A stretch of DNA of 64,000 nt from Octopus vulgaris (GCA_951406725.2 OX597814.1:157046001-157110000); one strand, 5' to 3'; shown: positions 26,601-41,494, counted from the first letter of the stretch. Numbers and translations: made by a program. Notes: a model not told the origin generated them from the letters alone.

Positions 26601-27684
26601 TTGTTCGTAAATTCTGTTGTTTATTAGATTTTGGGTAAATAATCTGTAGACTGTAATACATACTTATGGGGATTTTAGAAGCTGGTTCATGCAAAGTCAT
26701 AAACTGTGTCGTATTGTTTAGTTTTACAGGAAGGAGTCTTTAGGACAAATTTATTTCTCTTAAAATAGCGAAGCTTTCTGCTCTCCAAAATTAAGATGAA
26801 ATTAATTAATCCTGAACTATTTACGGAGACTGTCCGGTATTCTTCCGGCGTCACCATTATTTCGAAATAAAGGTTTACACCAAGAACTTTGTAAACTTTC
26901 TCTACACTTTCATTCAAAACGCATCTAAAGTTATTCTGGAAGGCAAAGGCGAACTATGAGTTGGGTTTTATAAATACCTCCGTTGACCTCAAATAAGAAA
27001 TCATTTAATTTAATATAGAGGAACAAGCACGTATGTATTCTGGCAGTTTTACTATAACGGTTTTTTGCATCTTCGTAGTTAGATAGTATAACATCTTGTT
27101 CGTAGGAGAGACATTCTTCACATGACTGATGTATGGCTTTATTTCATTATTATCTATATAAAACATTTCCGAAGCAGGTTTGCAAACCTGGAGATGTTCT
27201 TTCCATTTCATTATTCTACGTCTGGTTTTGTTATGTGAATTTTAGGAAGTGGACCTGCAGGAATAATATGTGCACTCAAGTAACTAGTCTATAGTACATT
27301 CAACAGAAAAATCAACAGACAGTGAAGAGAAACCTGTTCTACGGTTATTGGTTAAAAGTAACAGGGAAAACCGCGAATATTGGCAGAGAGACTAGTAACA
27401 TGTGTGTAAGTAAAAGCATCCCTCGCATGCATCATTGTGACCAAAGACACATAATCCACAGACTACATATTCCTGTCCTGTACCTAACAAACATTTCTGC
27501 GTCATATTGCTTCTAATCAAACATGTATCAACATGTAAAACCTCACTTGACCGCGTAGCTTTTGTTATGGTTTTCATCAATCACTGATGGCGATTCAGAT
27601 GAGAACACACGCGTTTCTTCTGTTTTCTCCTAGCTTTTCTCGATTATACATTAAAAGTTCTAGTTGACATATTGACAGTCAATG

Positions 27685-27726
<42 letters not shown>

Positions 27727-28267
27727 TAGAGAGTAATGTAAAAATTATATAATTACATAATTATAAACACATTATTTCTTCAAATAAATATATATGATAA
27801 AGTTGTTTAATAACGATTTCTAACACGATATTGATTCCTTACATAAGATTGCTCATAATTAACACATGCACCATATACGTAATGTGTAAATTGATACATT
27901 GTATAGAATATTGACGAAGTAAAATAAAGTTTATTTTGAAGTGAACGATGAACAATATTTTTTCATGACTAATATAATAGACATAATGATTTTCACTTTA
28001 GGGAAATCTAGAGCGTGTTTCATTGTCTTTGGGCGGAGAGTCACTGGTGGAATTGTTAAACGTGTCGTAACAAGCCGTAGAATGAGCGATCGAATGCTCA
28101 TTGAAGTTCATTTGATGACCTGTAGGAATGACGTTTGCGTGTTATTTACATGTTCAGACAATCTTAGTAGTCACAAGCTCTGCAAAAGTTTTGGCCCAGC
28201 AAGTAGAAACATGATAAGTAGCAACGTGATTTACGTAGTTTCTCTTTGAATCTTACAATATATATAT

Positions 28268-28318
28268 ACTCTTTCAAACACTTTAATGATGTAGGAGGTG
28301 AGTGAGATTGGGCGATAT
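28268..28318 (-). mobile_element. ~50-bp internal LINE RT fragment embedded in (TA)n
   Basis: Encodes [16 protein letters not shown]. Confidence 0.8.
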
Positions 28319-28446
28319 ATATATACATATATATGTTTGTATATGTTTATATATGTATATATATATATATGTATATATACATATATATATATGTATATAT
28401 ACATATATATATATGTATATATACATATATATATATGTATATATAC

Positions 28447-28497
<51 letters not shown>

Positions 28498-28739
28498 TAT
28501 ATGTATATATACATATATATATATTTATACATATATATATATATGTATATATACATATATATATATGTATATATACATATATATATATATGTATGTATGT
28601 ATGTATGTATATGTATACATATATATATATGTATGTATATGTATACATATATATATATGTATGTATATATACATATATATATATATATGTATGTATGTAT
28701 ATATATATGCATGTATATGTATACATATAAATATATATA

Positions 28740-29664
28740 CTTTGATACTTTGATACTTTGATAGGTTTCGGCCATTATTGGCCCAGGCCATGTCTAACTT
28801 AATAGCACCACCTGGTGAAGTCTTTCAAGTCAGAATTTGGGCACTATGGCCCACTCAAGTAGAGAGTTATTGTTTACAGAGACATATCCGGGTGTAGGGG
28901 GTTTATCCGGGATTTCTTGAAGGAATCTGTCCAAAGACTTCTTGAACCCTATAGGGTCAGTTTCTGTTTTAATGTGTTTTGGTGTAATGTTAAAGAGAGC
29001 GGGGCCAATTGAGGTGAAATAATTGTGCCGTATTGTTGTTATGAGATGAGAGTGCGATTTTTGTTTTGGGCGGATGGCACGGGGCCCAAGCCTTGGATGT
29101 ACCTTAAAGGTGATGCCAACATCATTTGGGCAATGCTGATGGAATATTTTCCACATCATGCAGATGATGTAGCGCTCACGACGACGTTGGAGAGAATAGA
29201 GTTTTAGCTTTTCTAGTCGACCCCAATAGTCGAGGCCTGTCATGCCATCTATCTTTTTTGTGATTGCCCTTTGAGGTGCTTCGACTTTTTTGATACCTTG
29301 TATTGTGTGGGGAGACCACAGTGGACAACAGTATTCAAGGTGGGGTCGGGCAAAAGTGGAGAAGAGAAGGATAATGGTGTGGATATCTCTCGACTGGAAA
29401 GTTCTGAGAATCCAGGAACACATTCTGCGGGCCATGTCAACTTTGGTGTTTATATGAGTGGCCCAGCTTACGTTGTTGTCCACAATTACTCCCAAGTCTC
29501 TGATGTTGTTGGACGCCGCGAGAGTTTCACCTGAAGGAAGGGAGTATGGGAGTTTCAGGGCATCCTCTTTTCCAAAGTGGATTAGCTCAAATTTATCCTC
29601 GTTCAGCAGCATATTGTTTTTTTTCTGCCCATTGGATAACAGCCAGTAGATCTGACTGAAGGCA
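28740..29664 (-). mobile_element. 5'-truncated CR1-group LINE family B in (TA)n
   Basis: ORF 28830-29687 (RPHLEYCCPLWSP, LKLYSLQRRRERY); (TATCAAAG)n tail; nearly identical to 47598-48680. Confidence 0.96.
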
Positions 29665-30430
<766 letters not shown>

Positions 30431-30473
30431 GCAATAATAATTCTCTAAAAGAGATATAGACAGTAACTGCTCG

Positions 30474-30722
30474 ATAACATAAGGGACTAGAGCCATCTGA
30501 ATATGGCTAGGGACAGGGCAGGGTGGTGGGGGTGTTACTGTTGCATTTAGCCCCAGGCGAACATCGACGTCACCAGAAAGGCCCGACACCGTCACGGACC
30601 GTGACGGTGTCGGGCCTTTCTGGTGACGTCGATGTTCGCCTGGGGCTAAATGCAACAGTAACACCCCCACCACCCTGCCCTGTCCCTAGCCATATTCAGA
30701 TGGCTCTAGTCCCTTATGTTAT
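30474..30722. repeat. Perfect palindrome, 124-bp arms, 1-nt spacer (A30598)
   Basis: 30474-30597 is the reverse complement of 30599-30722; the ORF track shows almost the same peptide on both strands. Confidence 0.97.
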
Positions 30723-30751
30723 ACATATATATATATATATATATATAATCA

Positions 30752-30782
<31 letters not shown>

Positions 30783-30849
30783 ATACATATATATATATAT
30801 AATTATACATATATATATGCACACACATATATACATATCTATACATATA

Positions 30850-33035
30850 ATACCGGAGTAAGCACGTAAATTTGAATCAAGGTGGAAAAAGAGTACTCAA
30901 ATACCAGTGGTTAGAGTAATATGTTTTATTTAATAGCAGCATAAATATAACAGAAGCTGTTACTCAGATTTTACCGTTCCCGTCGTCGGACAGTTTTGTT
31001 AAAATAGGACAGAAATAACAGTATGTTCAAAACTAGTTAAAGGATACACCTTTAAAAATGGATTTGTTTCATTGATCCTTTCAAATAACGGTCTTAATCA
31101 TGCGAGAAACAAAATAAACAAAATAAAGGCATTCAATATAAATTATAAAATATAAAATATAAAAATCGAGGAAAACCTTTAATCGAAGAGCGGATTGAAA
31201 ATACATATTGTCATTAATGATATATGAAATATAATTCGATTAATACAATTAATACATTAAAAATTAAAATATTTCACAATGGTATATACGCATACTATAT
31301 CATCAATATACATATATATATATCAAAATACACAGATAGATGTACACAGACCACATACGTATGCAGACATATATATGCAAGACATAAATATACACACAAA
31401 TTACGCATATACATATGTATACGCAATCTTGCCTGCATGCAAAAATCACTTGGTGTATACATATAGACAAGAAGTAAAAAGTAGAGAGGGGGAAGAAAAA
31501 GAAAAGAAAAGGTAACGACCTTATAAGCAACAGATAGCTAAAGAAGTGAGTAAGAGAAGGGGAGGGTGGCGTAAAGTTACAGGACTCTATACAAGTAACG
31601 AATAGGGGAAAAAAATAAGGAAAGAAAGGAAGAAAGAAAGAAGTCTGAATATGCATAACGAAGGTTCGTAAAATAGAATTACGTATACTTGTGTATATAA
31701 AAGTATATATTAGCAGTAAATACACGTATAAGAACACATATATAAATATATAGAGATAAGTACGTAAATACACATCCACACAAATTCAAGTGAATACATC
31801 CATACATATACATCCATGTATGTGCATAAGTACAAACATACACGCATACTTACACATATACATAGGCGCATGCATATGGGTACATGTACGTGCCAACAAT
31901 ACAAATATTCACATGAAAACATGTCTAGGTCCTGACGTATATAAAAACAACATTAGTTTTTAAAATTGCTAGGTGCATAATAATAAAATTTCGATAAAAT
32001 ACATGCAAAATAGAACACCCTACATTGAATTATCTATAAATTTAACGATTAGAATAGGTTTATAAAATACAATAAGATGAAATAAAATAAAAGCAGAATC
32101 ATAAACAAGAAAATAATAATATTTGCATATAACAGTCGAAGGTTTTCCTTAAGAAATATGTAGAAATATATACAAAAGCTTTGCGATACGGAATAAATCA
32201 TGCATAATACGAAACAAATGCAACAGTGCGATCAAAAACTAGTCCAAGAATCAAAAATATACGCTATCTATATGGGATATTGCTAGTCGACATTTTAGAT
32301 TTAGCTGCGTATTCGCTTCTTTGATTTAAAGAATTATTGTCCTGGAATAAAATAAAGTATTTTTCCAGCAGACATAAATCGCACTTGATCGTTCATTTAG
32401 GAGCACGGTGCCTGTGTGGTGCAGCTCTATCCAAAATACTCCAATTCAGGTTGGAAGGTCGGGCTTCTTTTCCTTTTAATTCTCAGACATATTTCGCAAG
32501 GCTGGTTTTCGTCCTATTTTCGTGATACCTAAATGACTTTTTATGCGAATAGAATCGGGTTTTAAAAGAATTTTCAGAAGCTCCTGTATAAGTTTTATAA
32601 TCGAGTGAGCCTTCCACCTGTACTTTCGTTCTATATAGGATTTCTTTCTACAGACATTTCCCTTCCAACAGACAGGAGGATCATTGCAATTACAATTTTT
32701 AAGAGAATCGGCACTATGCTTATTAGCAATTATCCTAATGTTGTGTTGATTAATAGTAAGAATAGCTTATCTTAAGCGTTATTCTATTAAATATTTTAAA
32801 AAATTTATGGTTAGGTTGAAAATGCCTAGAGACTAATTTCAAGAAATCCCTACCTATATTTGTTTTACGGCGAAAATGAAAGCAGGGTTGAACCACAAAA
32901 TGCTGAACCTTATTACAATAGCGCATTACGGAATAGTGGATTCTCTGAGTAGATCCAGTATAACCAAATTAATGCTAGCTGTAATGCTTCATGTAGAACT
33001 AGAAAAGTTTTGTGTTTCAACCCAGCTTTCAATTT
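30850..33035 (-). mobile_element. Penelope-like element 3' part (GIY-YIG, long 3' UTR, pLTR with decayed HHR)
   Basis: YKTYTGASENSFKTRFYSHKKSF..TSLAKYV..WSILDRA..KCDLCLLEKYFIL at ~32300-32680; HHR-like CTGT-CCGACGA-CGGGAACGG-TAAA-ATCTGAG-TA-ACAG at 30957-30993. Confidence 0.85.
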
Positions 33036-33049
33036 ATATATATATATAT

Positions 33050-34075
33050 AACTTAGAATAACTTAGAAAGGTTTTGGCCAGTATTGGCCCAGGCCATGTC
33101 TAACTTAATAGCACCACCTGGCGAAGTCTTTCAGTTCAGGATTTGGGCACCAAGGCCCATTCGAGCAGAGAGTTATTGTTTGCGGAGACATATCCGGGTG
33201 TGGGTGGTTTGTCCGGTACTGTTTGAAGGAATTTGTCCAAAGACTTCTTGAAATTTGTGTGGTCAGTTTCTTTTTTGACGTGTCCTGGTGTAATGTTGAA
33301 GAGAGCGGGTCCAATTGAGGTGAAATAGTTGTGCCGTATTGTCGTTATGTGATGCGATTTAGATTTTTGTTGTGGACGGATGGCACGTGGTCCAAGCCTT
33401 GGATGCATTTTGAAGGTGATGCCAACATCATTCAGACAGAGCTGATGGAATATTTTCCACATCATACAGATAATGTAGCGTTCACGGCGTCGTTGGAGTG
33501 AATAATTTCAGCTTCTCTAGTCTACCCCAGTAGTCAAGGTCTGAAATGCCATCTATCTTTTTTGTGATTGACCTTTGGGGAGCTTCAATTCTCATAATAT
33601 TTTGTTTTGTGTAGGGAGACCACAGTGGACAGCAGTATTCAAGGTGGGGTCGGGCAAAAGTGGAGAAGAGAAGGATAATAGCGTGGGAATCTCTCGACTG
33701 GAAGGTTCTGAGAATCCAGGAACACAATCTGCAGGCCATGTCAACTTTGCTGCTTATATGTGTAGCCCAGCTTATGTTGTTGTCCACTGTTACTCCCAAG
33801 TCTCTGATGTTGTTGGATGCCATGAGAATTTCTCCAGAAGGAAGAGAGTATGGGAGTTTCAGAGCGTCCTCCCTTCCAAAGTGGATCAGTTCGAATTTGT
33901 CTTCATTTAGCAACATGTTATTCTTTTCCGCCCATTGGACAACAGCCAGTAGGTCTGACTGAAGGTTTATTCGGTCATCCACGCCATTGATGACCTTCTG
34001 GAGCTTGGAATCATCAGCGAAGGTTCTGATGTTACTGTGTTTGATGGTGTCAGTAATATCATTTATGTAGATGAT
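33050..34075 (-). mobile_element. 5'-truncated family B-related LINE subfamily in (TA)n
   Basis: ORFs 33482-34117 (FADDSK) and 33136-33465 with one frameshift; same 3' UTR as family B but with a (TTCTAAGTTA)n tail. Confidence 0.95.
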
Positions 34076-34128
34076 ATATATATATAAATAAATATATATA
34101 TACATATACATATACACATATATATATA

Positions 34129-34168
34129 CATGGCCGAAGCTCTGAGCTGAAACTAGGAAAAAAAAGAT
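34129..34168 (+). mobile_element. Isolated ~40-bp LINE 3'-terminal stem-loop in (TA)n
   Basis: CATGGCCGAAGCTCTGAGCTGAAACTAGG + A run. Confidence 0.7.
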
Positions 34169-34235
34169 ATATATATAAACTTATACATATATATAAACAT
34201 ATACATATAGATATAAACATATATATATATATATA

Positions 34236-34275
<40 letters not shown>

Positions 34276-34612
34276 TATATATAAACATATATATATACAT
34301 ATATATGTATATATACATATATATATGCACATATATATAAACATATATATATACATATATATGTATATATACATATATATACATATATATGTATATATTC
34401 ATATACATACATATATATGTATATATTCATATACATACATATATATGTATATATTCATATACATACATATATATGTATATATTCATATACATACATATAT
34501 ATGTATATATTCATATGATTGATTGATTGATTGATTGATTGATTCCAGTTCCAGCCTATGAGCTGTGGCCATGCTGGGGCACCGCCATTTGGTGTTGCTA
34601 CTTGGTTTTACT

Positions 34613-37600
34613 TCATGGGGGCTTTCTAGCAACTGCTATTTGGTGCATGAGAGAGTTCGATGCAGCTGCCCTCATCTGCCCCTCCTGCCGTGAAGTTGGT
34701 TCATCTGGGACACCTGACAGGAAGAGATCCAGCTTCATTTTAAAGACATCTGTATCCACCCCATGCAGGTCTCTCAGGTTCTTCGGGAGGACATTGAAGA
34801 GCTGTGGGCCTCGGAAGCCCAGGCTATCACAGAATCTTGTCCTACATCTTGATGGCAGGTTTGGAGTCCTAGGCACCACGCAGTGGCGCCCAGTTCTGGC
34901 ATTTGTGTAACTCTCGATGCCAAAGTTCAGGACACTTCCCTCCAGGATCTTCCAGATGTATATTATGGCATATCTTTCCCGCCTACGCTCCAGGGAGTAT
35001 AATTTTAATCTCTTGAGTCTTTCCCAGTAGCTTACATTCTGCATAGAGGCTATCTTCTTTGTGTAGCTTCGTTGGATCGCCTCAAGTTCTGTGATCAACT
35101 TGACACTGGATGGTGACCATAGCTGAGAGCAATAGTCAAAGTGGCTTAGGACAAGTGTCTTCCAGAGGACCATCATGGTTTCTTGTTCTCTTGTTCTAAA
35201 GGTTCTAAGAATCCAGCCAGCCAGCCGTCTACATTTCACTGTCAGTTTAGCAACATGTACATGAAAGGTCGCGTCATCACTCATGTGAATACCCAGGTCA
35301 CGCACTGAATGTGCCTCTGGGATTGCAATCCCTCCGGGTCCAGTGTATTCATTGGGTATTGCATTCAGTTTTGCATGCTGATAGTATAAAGCTTGAAACT
35401 TTCCAGCATTAAACTGCATGCTATTCTTTTCAGCCCACTTGTATATTTCGTCCAGCTCACATTGCAGGTGTTTAGTGTCCTCAGGGTTCTGTATTGCCTG
35501 TGAAACTTTTGTATCATCTGCATAACTTGTGATCGTGGATCTCTGCGTGGCTGAGGGCATGTCTGAGAGGGCCATTATGAACAGTAGTGGTCCCAAAACA
35601 GTGCCCTGTGGAACACCACTCATTATTTGCGTGTTAATGGAAGTGGCCCCATTGGCTACTACCACCTGACTTCTATTCTTCAGAAAGTCGTGAAGCCATT
35701 CTCCTAGTTTTCCAACTATGCCAAGATCACGCAGCCTGTGACATATCATTCCGTGATCGACTTTATCGAAGGCCTTTGCGAAGTCGAGATATATGACTTC
35801 CACATTTGAGTGGTTGAGCAGTTGTTTCAGCACCCAGTCATAGTGCTGCAGGAGCTGAGTTAAGCAGCTTCTTCCTGGTCGGAAACCATGTTGGGTGTCA
35901 GGCAGCAAGTCATTTTCTTCAAGGAAGGTGATTAGTTTCCTTCTGACTATTCGTTCCATGACCTTGCTGATGTGTGAGGTCAGAGAGATAGGTCTGTAGT
36001 TCTTTGCCTCCGCTCTGCTACCTCCTTTATGAATAGGGCATATTTTACCTTCCTTCAGTCCCCTTGGAAGTTTGCCAGCTGCAAGGAAGCTCTGAAAGAG
36101 GGACTGCAGTGGTCTTGCTAAGACTCTCTTACATACTTTTAGGAGGATTGCCGGGAATCCATCGGGGCCAGTAGCTGAGTCTATTTTCATTTCATCTATA
36201 GCCTTTATTACATCGTCTTCCTTTATCTCGATGTAACTTATCGTCGCCGCCTCTGATTCTATATCTGCAGTGGTAAAGAAGTCAGTTGGATTGCTGATTT
36301 GGAAATGCCCAAGGGGTGGAGTGAAAACACTCTTGAATTGTTCATTCAGTATTTCACTTACCCTCATTGGTTTTCCTGTGAGTGTGCCATCCTTTTCAAG
36401 GAGTGGCCCTATCCTACAGTGCACTGTAGCCGTTTCTTTGGCATACCTGTAGAAAGCTCTGGGGTTAGTTTTTATGTTGTCTATAGCCCAGGCTTCTTTG
36501 TCTGCTCTTTCCTTCTCATGGGAAAGTTGCAGACAATTTTCAATTTCCAACAGTTTTATTTTCAGGCGGGACTTTTCACTACTTTCAATTTGTTTGTTTA
36601 GGCGATTTGAAATTTTTGTACGCCGTCTCATTAAAATTTTCCTCTCTCTGGGGATTTTGTTCTTGTGTACAGTGGCCTTTCTCTCTGGGACACATTTGTA
36701 GCATATGGCTTGCATTACAGACATGAATTGTTGAAGTATCATGTCGATGTCCGGCGAGGAGAGACATTCAGGCCAGTTTTGTTTGAGGATCTCTTTCTCA
36801 ATTTGTTTCCAGTTTGCCTTATTGAAGTTCAGGCTGGAAAGATTCTGAGGGTTTCTTGTAGGCTGCATGTCCGTGCTCTCTTTTGGCCCGTACATGGTCA
36901 GCTCTACCATGTTGTGATCCGAGAGTAGTGTCGGTGTCACTTTCACATTATGGATGAGATCCATATTATTTGTGAAGCAGAGATCCAGTGTGTTACCTGC
37001 TCTGGTTGGTTGCAGTATTACTTGCTCCATGTACAGGGTGTTGGTGAGGTTCAGGAGGGACCTCGCCTGTCCACGTTCACATCTTGTCATTCCTGGGAGA
37101 GAAAGGCCCTCGGGCCATCTGACATTGGGCAGATTGAAGTCTCCCATGAGAAGTACACTTATGTGTTGTTCTAATGTGGTTAGAACTTCTTCTATTTTTA
37201 AAAGGCAGTCCTCGAACTTGCCCATATGACTTGGGGCATCTGGAGGGCGATATGTAGCACACACAACTACATCAAGTTGCCTTATGTGTACAATTAGTGT
37301 GTCACACACCGAGTTTGAGTATGACAAAAGGACCTGGGGTGTGAGGTCCCCACGGATGTACATAGCAACTCCTCCATGACTCCTTTCTTTCCTGTCGGTC
37401 CGTAGTACAACATACTGTGGTATGTGTAATTCCGCATCTGCTATGTCCGGTTTCAGATGCGTTTCTGTGAGTGCTATGCATAAGGCTTGATTGCATGCGA
37501 CAAAGTCTCTCAGGAACGGGACTTTTGTCCTGTTACTGTGTGTTAGTAAACCTCTGATGTTCAGTAGGAGCATCGAGGTGAGGTGTATGCTGTTGCCGGC

Positions 37601-37717
37601 GTTGTCCACCCTGGGTCCATCTGCTGTGGCGGTCTTGTGAACTGTGGGCAGTTCCATCTGCGAGCCTGAGCCTGATGGAGCCAGGTTAGCTGCTGTACAA
37701 TCTTTTGTGCCATGCAC
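34613..37717 (-). CDS. LINE ORF2: APE endonuclease + reverse transcriptase, 1034 aa, intact (non-AUG start)
   Basis: APE motifs NIRG, LTETHL, YRPP, GDFN, LDL, SDH; RT motifs [40 protein letters not shown]; CR1-group C-terminus LYSLERRR. The annotated start codon is GTG. Confidence 0.97.
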   Translation of the reverse strand: MHGTKDCTAANLAPSGSGSQMELPTVHKTATADGPRVDNAGNSIHLTSMLLLNIRGLLTHSNRTKVPFLRDFVACNQALCIALTETHLKPDIADAELHIPQYVVLRTDRKERSHGGVAMYIRGDLTPQVLLSYSNSVCDTLIVHIRQLDVVVCATYRPPDAPSHMGKFEDCLLKIEEVLTTLEQHISVLLMGDFNLPNVRWPEGLSLPGMTRCERGQARSLLNLTNTLYMEQVILQPTRAGNTLDLCFTNNMDLIHNVKVTPTLLSDHNMVELTMYGPKESTDMQPTRNPQNLSSLNFNKANWKQIEKEILKQNWPECLSSPDIDMILQQFMSVMQAICYKCVPERKATVHKNKIPRERKILMRRRTKISNRLNKQIESSEKSRLKIKLLEIENCLQLSHEKERADKEAWAIDNIKTNPRAFYRYAKETATVHCRIGPLLEKDGTLTGKPMRVSEILNEQFKSVFTPPLGHFQISNPTDFFTTADIESEAATISYIEIKEDDVIKAIDEMKIDSATGPDGFPAILLKVCKRVLARPLQSLFQSFLAAGKLPRGLKEGKICPIHKGGSRAEAKNYRPISLTSHISKVMERIVRRKLITFLEENDLLPDTQHGFRPGRSCLTQLLQHYDWVLKQLLNHSNVEVIYLDFAKAFDKVDHGMICHRLRDLGIVGKLGEWLHDFLKNRSQVVVANGATSINTQIMSGVPQGTVLGPLLFIMALSDMPSATQRSTITSYADDTKVSQAIQNPEDTKHLQCELDEIYKWAEKNSMQFNAGKFQALYYQHAKLNAIPNEYTGPGGIAIPEAHSVRDLGIHMSDDATFHVHVAKLTVKCRRLAGWILRTFRTREQETMMVLWKTLVLSHFDYCSQLWSPSSVKLITELEAIQRSYTKKIASMQNVSYWERLKRLKLYSLERRRERYAIIYIWKILEGSVLNFGIESYTNARTGRHCVVPRTPNLPSRCRTRFCDSLGFRGPQLFNVLPKNLRDLHGVDTDVFKMKLDLFLSGVPDEPTSRQEGQMRAAASNSLMHQIAVARKPP

Positions 37718-38439
37718 AAAAAAGATTCCTGCTCAGCAGCTGCCCTTTCAACAACACGTTGGTGGTTTGTGGTACGCACCACATCTGCGTACCTCCGTTT
37801 TGGGGCAGGTGATGCCTGGTCCATCCCATTTCCTTTCGGTGGTTGGTTTCTGTGGCAGGGTCCCGGATGTGCAAAGCGGCAGCCTGCACCTTCCTCTCCA
37901 TGCCGGCAGGCACCTTTCAGGTAGAACCTACATACCCGTGTGCGCTGCTTGTTTCCATCCTTTTTGGCATATGGACCGTTAGGTTTGCCTCTGTCCCTGG
38001 CTGCCTTGTCCCTTGGCTTTGTCTGAGTTTTAGCTTCAGTTTTTCCTCTTTTTTTGGCCTCTTCATCTCCATGTCCACGGCTTTTGGAGCCGGTAGGAGC
38101 ATCCGTACCTGGGTTCACCTCCCGGGCAGGCCTATCGTTGGAGTTTTCTTCCTGGGCGTCCACCAGGTGGGGGTGACCCTCCTCATCTGCGCCCACGTCT
38201 CCATCCTTGCCATCTTTACTTTGTTCGCGTTTTTCGCTGTTAAAAATGGCATCCAGTGTGTTTATGTGCGATCTGACAAGTGCGTATGAGCGTACGAACT
38301 CTTGCCTCTTCCGCTCTATTTGTGCTGATGTCCTTTTGAATCCTTTGTTCTTTAGTGCTGCCGCAATTATGTTACTTGGACTTTCTCCGTCAGCGCATTG
38401 CCATCCTCGCAGGAACCACACCAGTTCATCACGTTTCCA
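37561..38439 (-). CDS. LINE ORF1 (start missing): Myb/SANT-like N-terminus, charged linker, CCCH zinc finger
   Basis: [42 protein letters not shown] resembles a trihelix Myb/SANT domain; [22 protein letters not shown] is C-x7-C-x8-C-x3-H. The first 21 aa of the ORF-track protein come from microsatellite. Confidence 0.85.
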   Translation of the reverse strand, partial: WKRDELVWFLRGWQCADGESPSNIIAAALKNKGFKRTSAQIERKRQEFVRSYALVRSHINTLDAIFNSEKREQSKDGKDGDVGADEEGHPHLVDAQEENSNDRPAREVNPGTDAPTGSKSRGHGDEEAKKRGKTEAKTQTKPRDKAARDRGKPNGPYAKKDGNKQRTRVCRFYLKGACRHGEEGAGCRFAHPGPCHRNQPPKGNGMDQASPAPKRRYADVVRTTNHQRVVERAAAEQESFLCMAQKIVQQLTWLHQAQARRWNCPQFTRPPQQMDPGWTTPATAYTSPRCSY

Positions 38440-38440
38440 T

Positions 38441-38851
38441 ATACATACATATATATGTATATATTCATATACATACATATATACGTATATATTCATATAC
38501 ATACATATATACGTATATATTCATATACATACATATATACGTATATATTCATATACATACATATATACGTATATATTCATATACATACATATATACGTAT
38601 ATATTCATATACATACATATATATGTATATATTCATATACATACATATATACGTATATATTCATATACATATATATGTATATATTCATATACATATATAT
38701 GTATATATTCATATACATATATATGTATATATTCATATACATATATATGTATATATTCATATACATATATATATATATATATATAAACATATATATATAT
38801 ATATATAAACATATATATATATATATATAAACATATATATATATATATATA

Positions 38852-38889
<38 letters not shown>

Positions 38890-38991
38890 TATATACATAT
38901 ATATATACATATATATAAACATATATATATATATATAAACATATATATATAAACATATATATATATATATAAACATATATATATATATATA

Positions 38992-39038
<47 letters not shown>

Positions 39039-39063
39039 ATATATATATATATATATATATACA
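38441..39063. repeat. TA-derived minisatellite (26- and 22-bp units) and (TA)n
   Basis: Units such as ATATTCATATACATACATATATACGT. Confidence 0.95.
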
Positions 39064-39446
39064 TCTCTATATAAACGGCAGTTTGTCTGTGCGTGTTTCT
39101 GTGTGTCTGTTTGCTTGTACCCTCACTCTGACCACGGCTTTCAACCGATTCTAATGAAACTTGACACACACATAGCCCAATGTCATAATTCAAAACTAAC
39201 GCAGCGAAAATTTTGAAAAGTTCCCCCATTTCTGAAAAAAATCGATAAATTCGACATGGGGTCGAGAATAAGAAAAAAAAAACCACAGACTGTCTAGGGG
39301 ACGCAACTCAACCTTTTTTTACTCTCAAAAAAAAATTTACCATCATTTTTTTCCCATTTTTTTGCTATTTTTTGGCTATAACTCTCTAAAAATGCTTTAT
39401 AGTTATTTCCCTTACAAACCTGAGCAACGCCGGGCGATACTGCTAG
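39064..39446 (+). mobile_element. Non-autonomous Helitron
   Basis: A|TC start, (TGTC)-like microsatellite, 3' hairpin CCTGAGCAACGCCGGG, CTAG|T end, no TSD; the 3' end resembles that at 11416-11443. Confidence 0.9.
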
Positions 39447-39469
39447 TATATATATATATATATATATAT

Positions 39470-41494
<2,025 letters not shown>

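Larger units (their letters stand above)
34516..38440 (-). mobile_element. Family A CR1-group LINE, copy 1 (near full length, truncated at ORF1 codon 5)
   Basis: (ATCA)n tail at 34516-34544, intact ORF2, open ORF1; both flanks are the same 26-bp TA-derived minisatellite. Confidence 0.97.

Noticed and set aside
34539-34910. Recurrent 123-aa antisense ORF (also 7080-7451, 41514-41885)
   Set aside because: Shadow frame of near-identical LINE 3' ends with non-AUG start; recurrence reflects copy identity, not selection.
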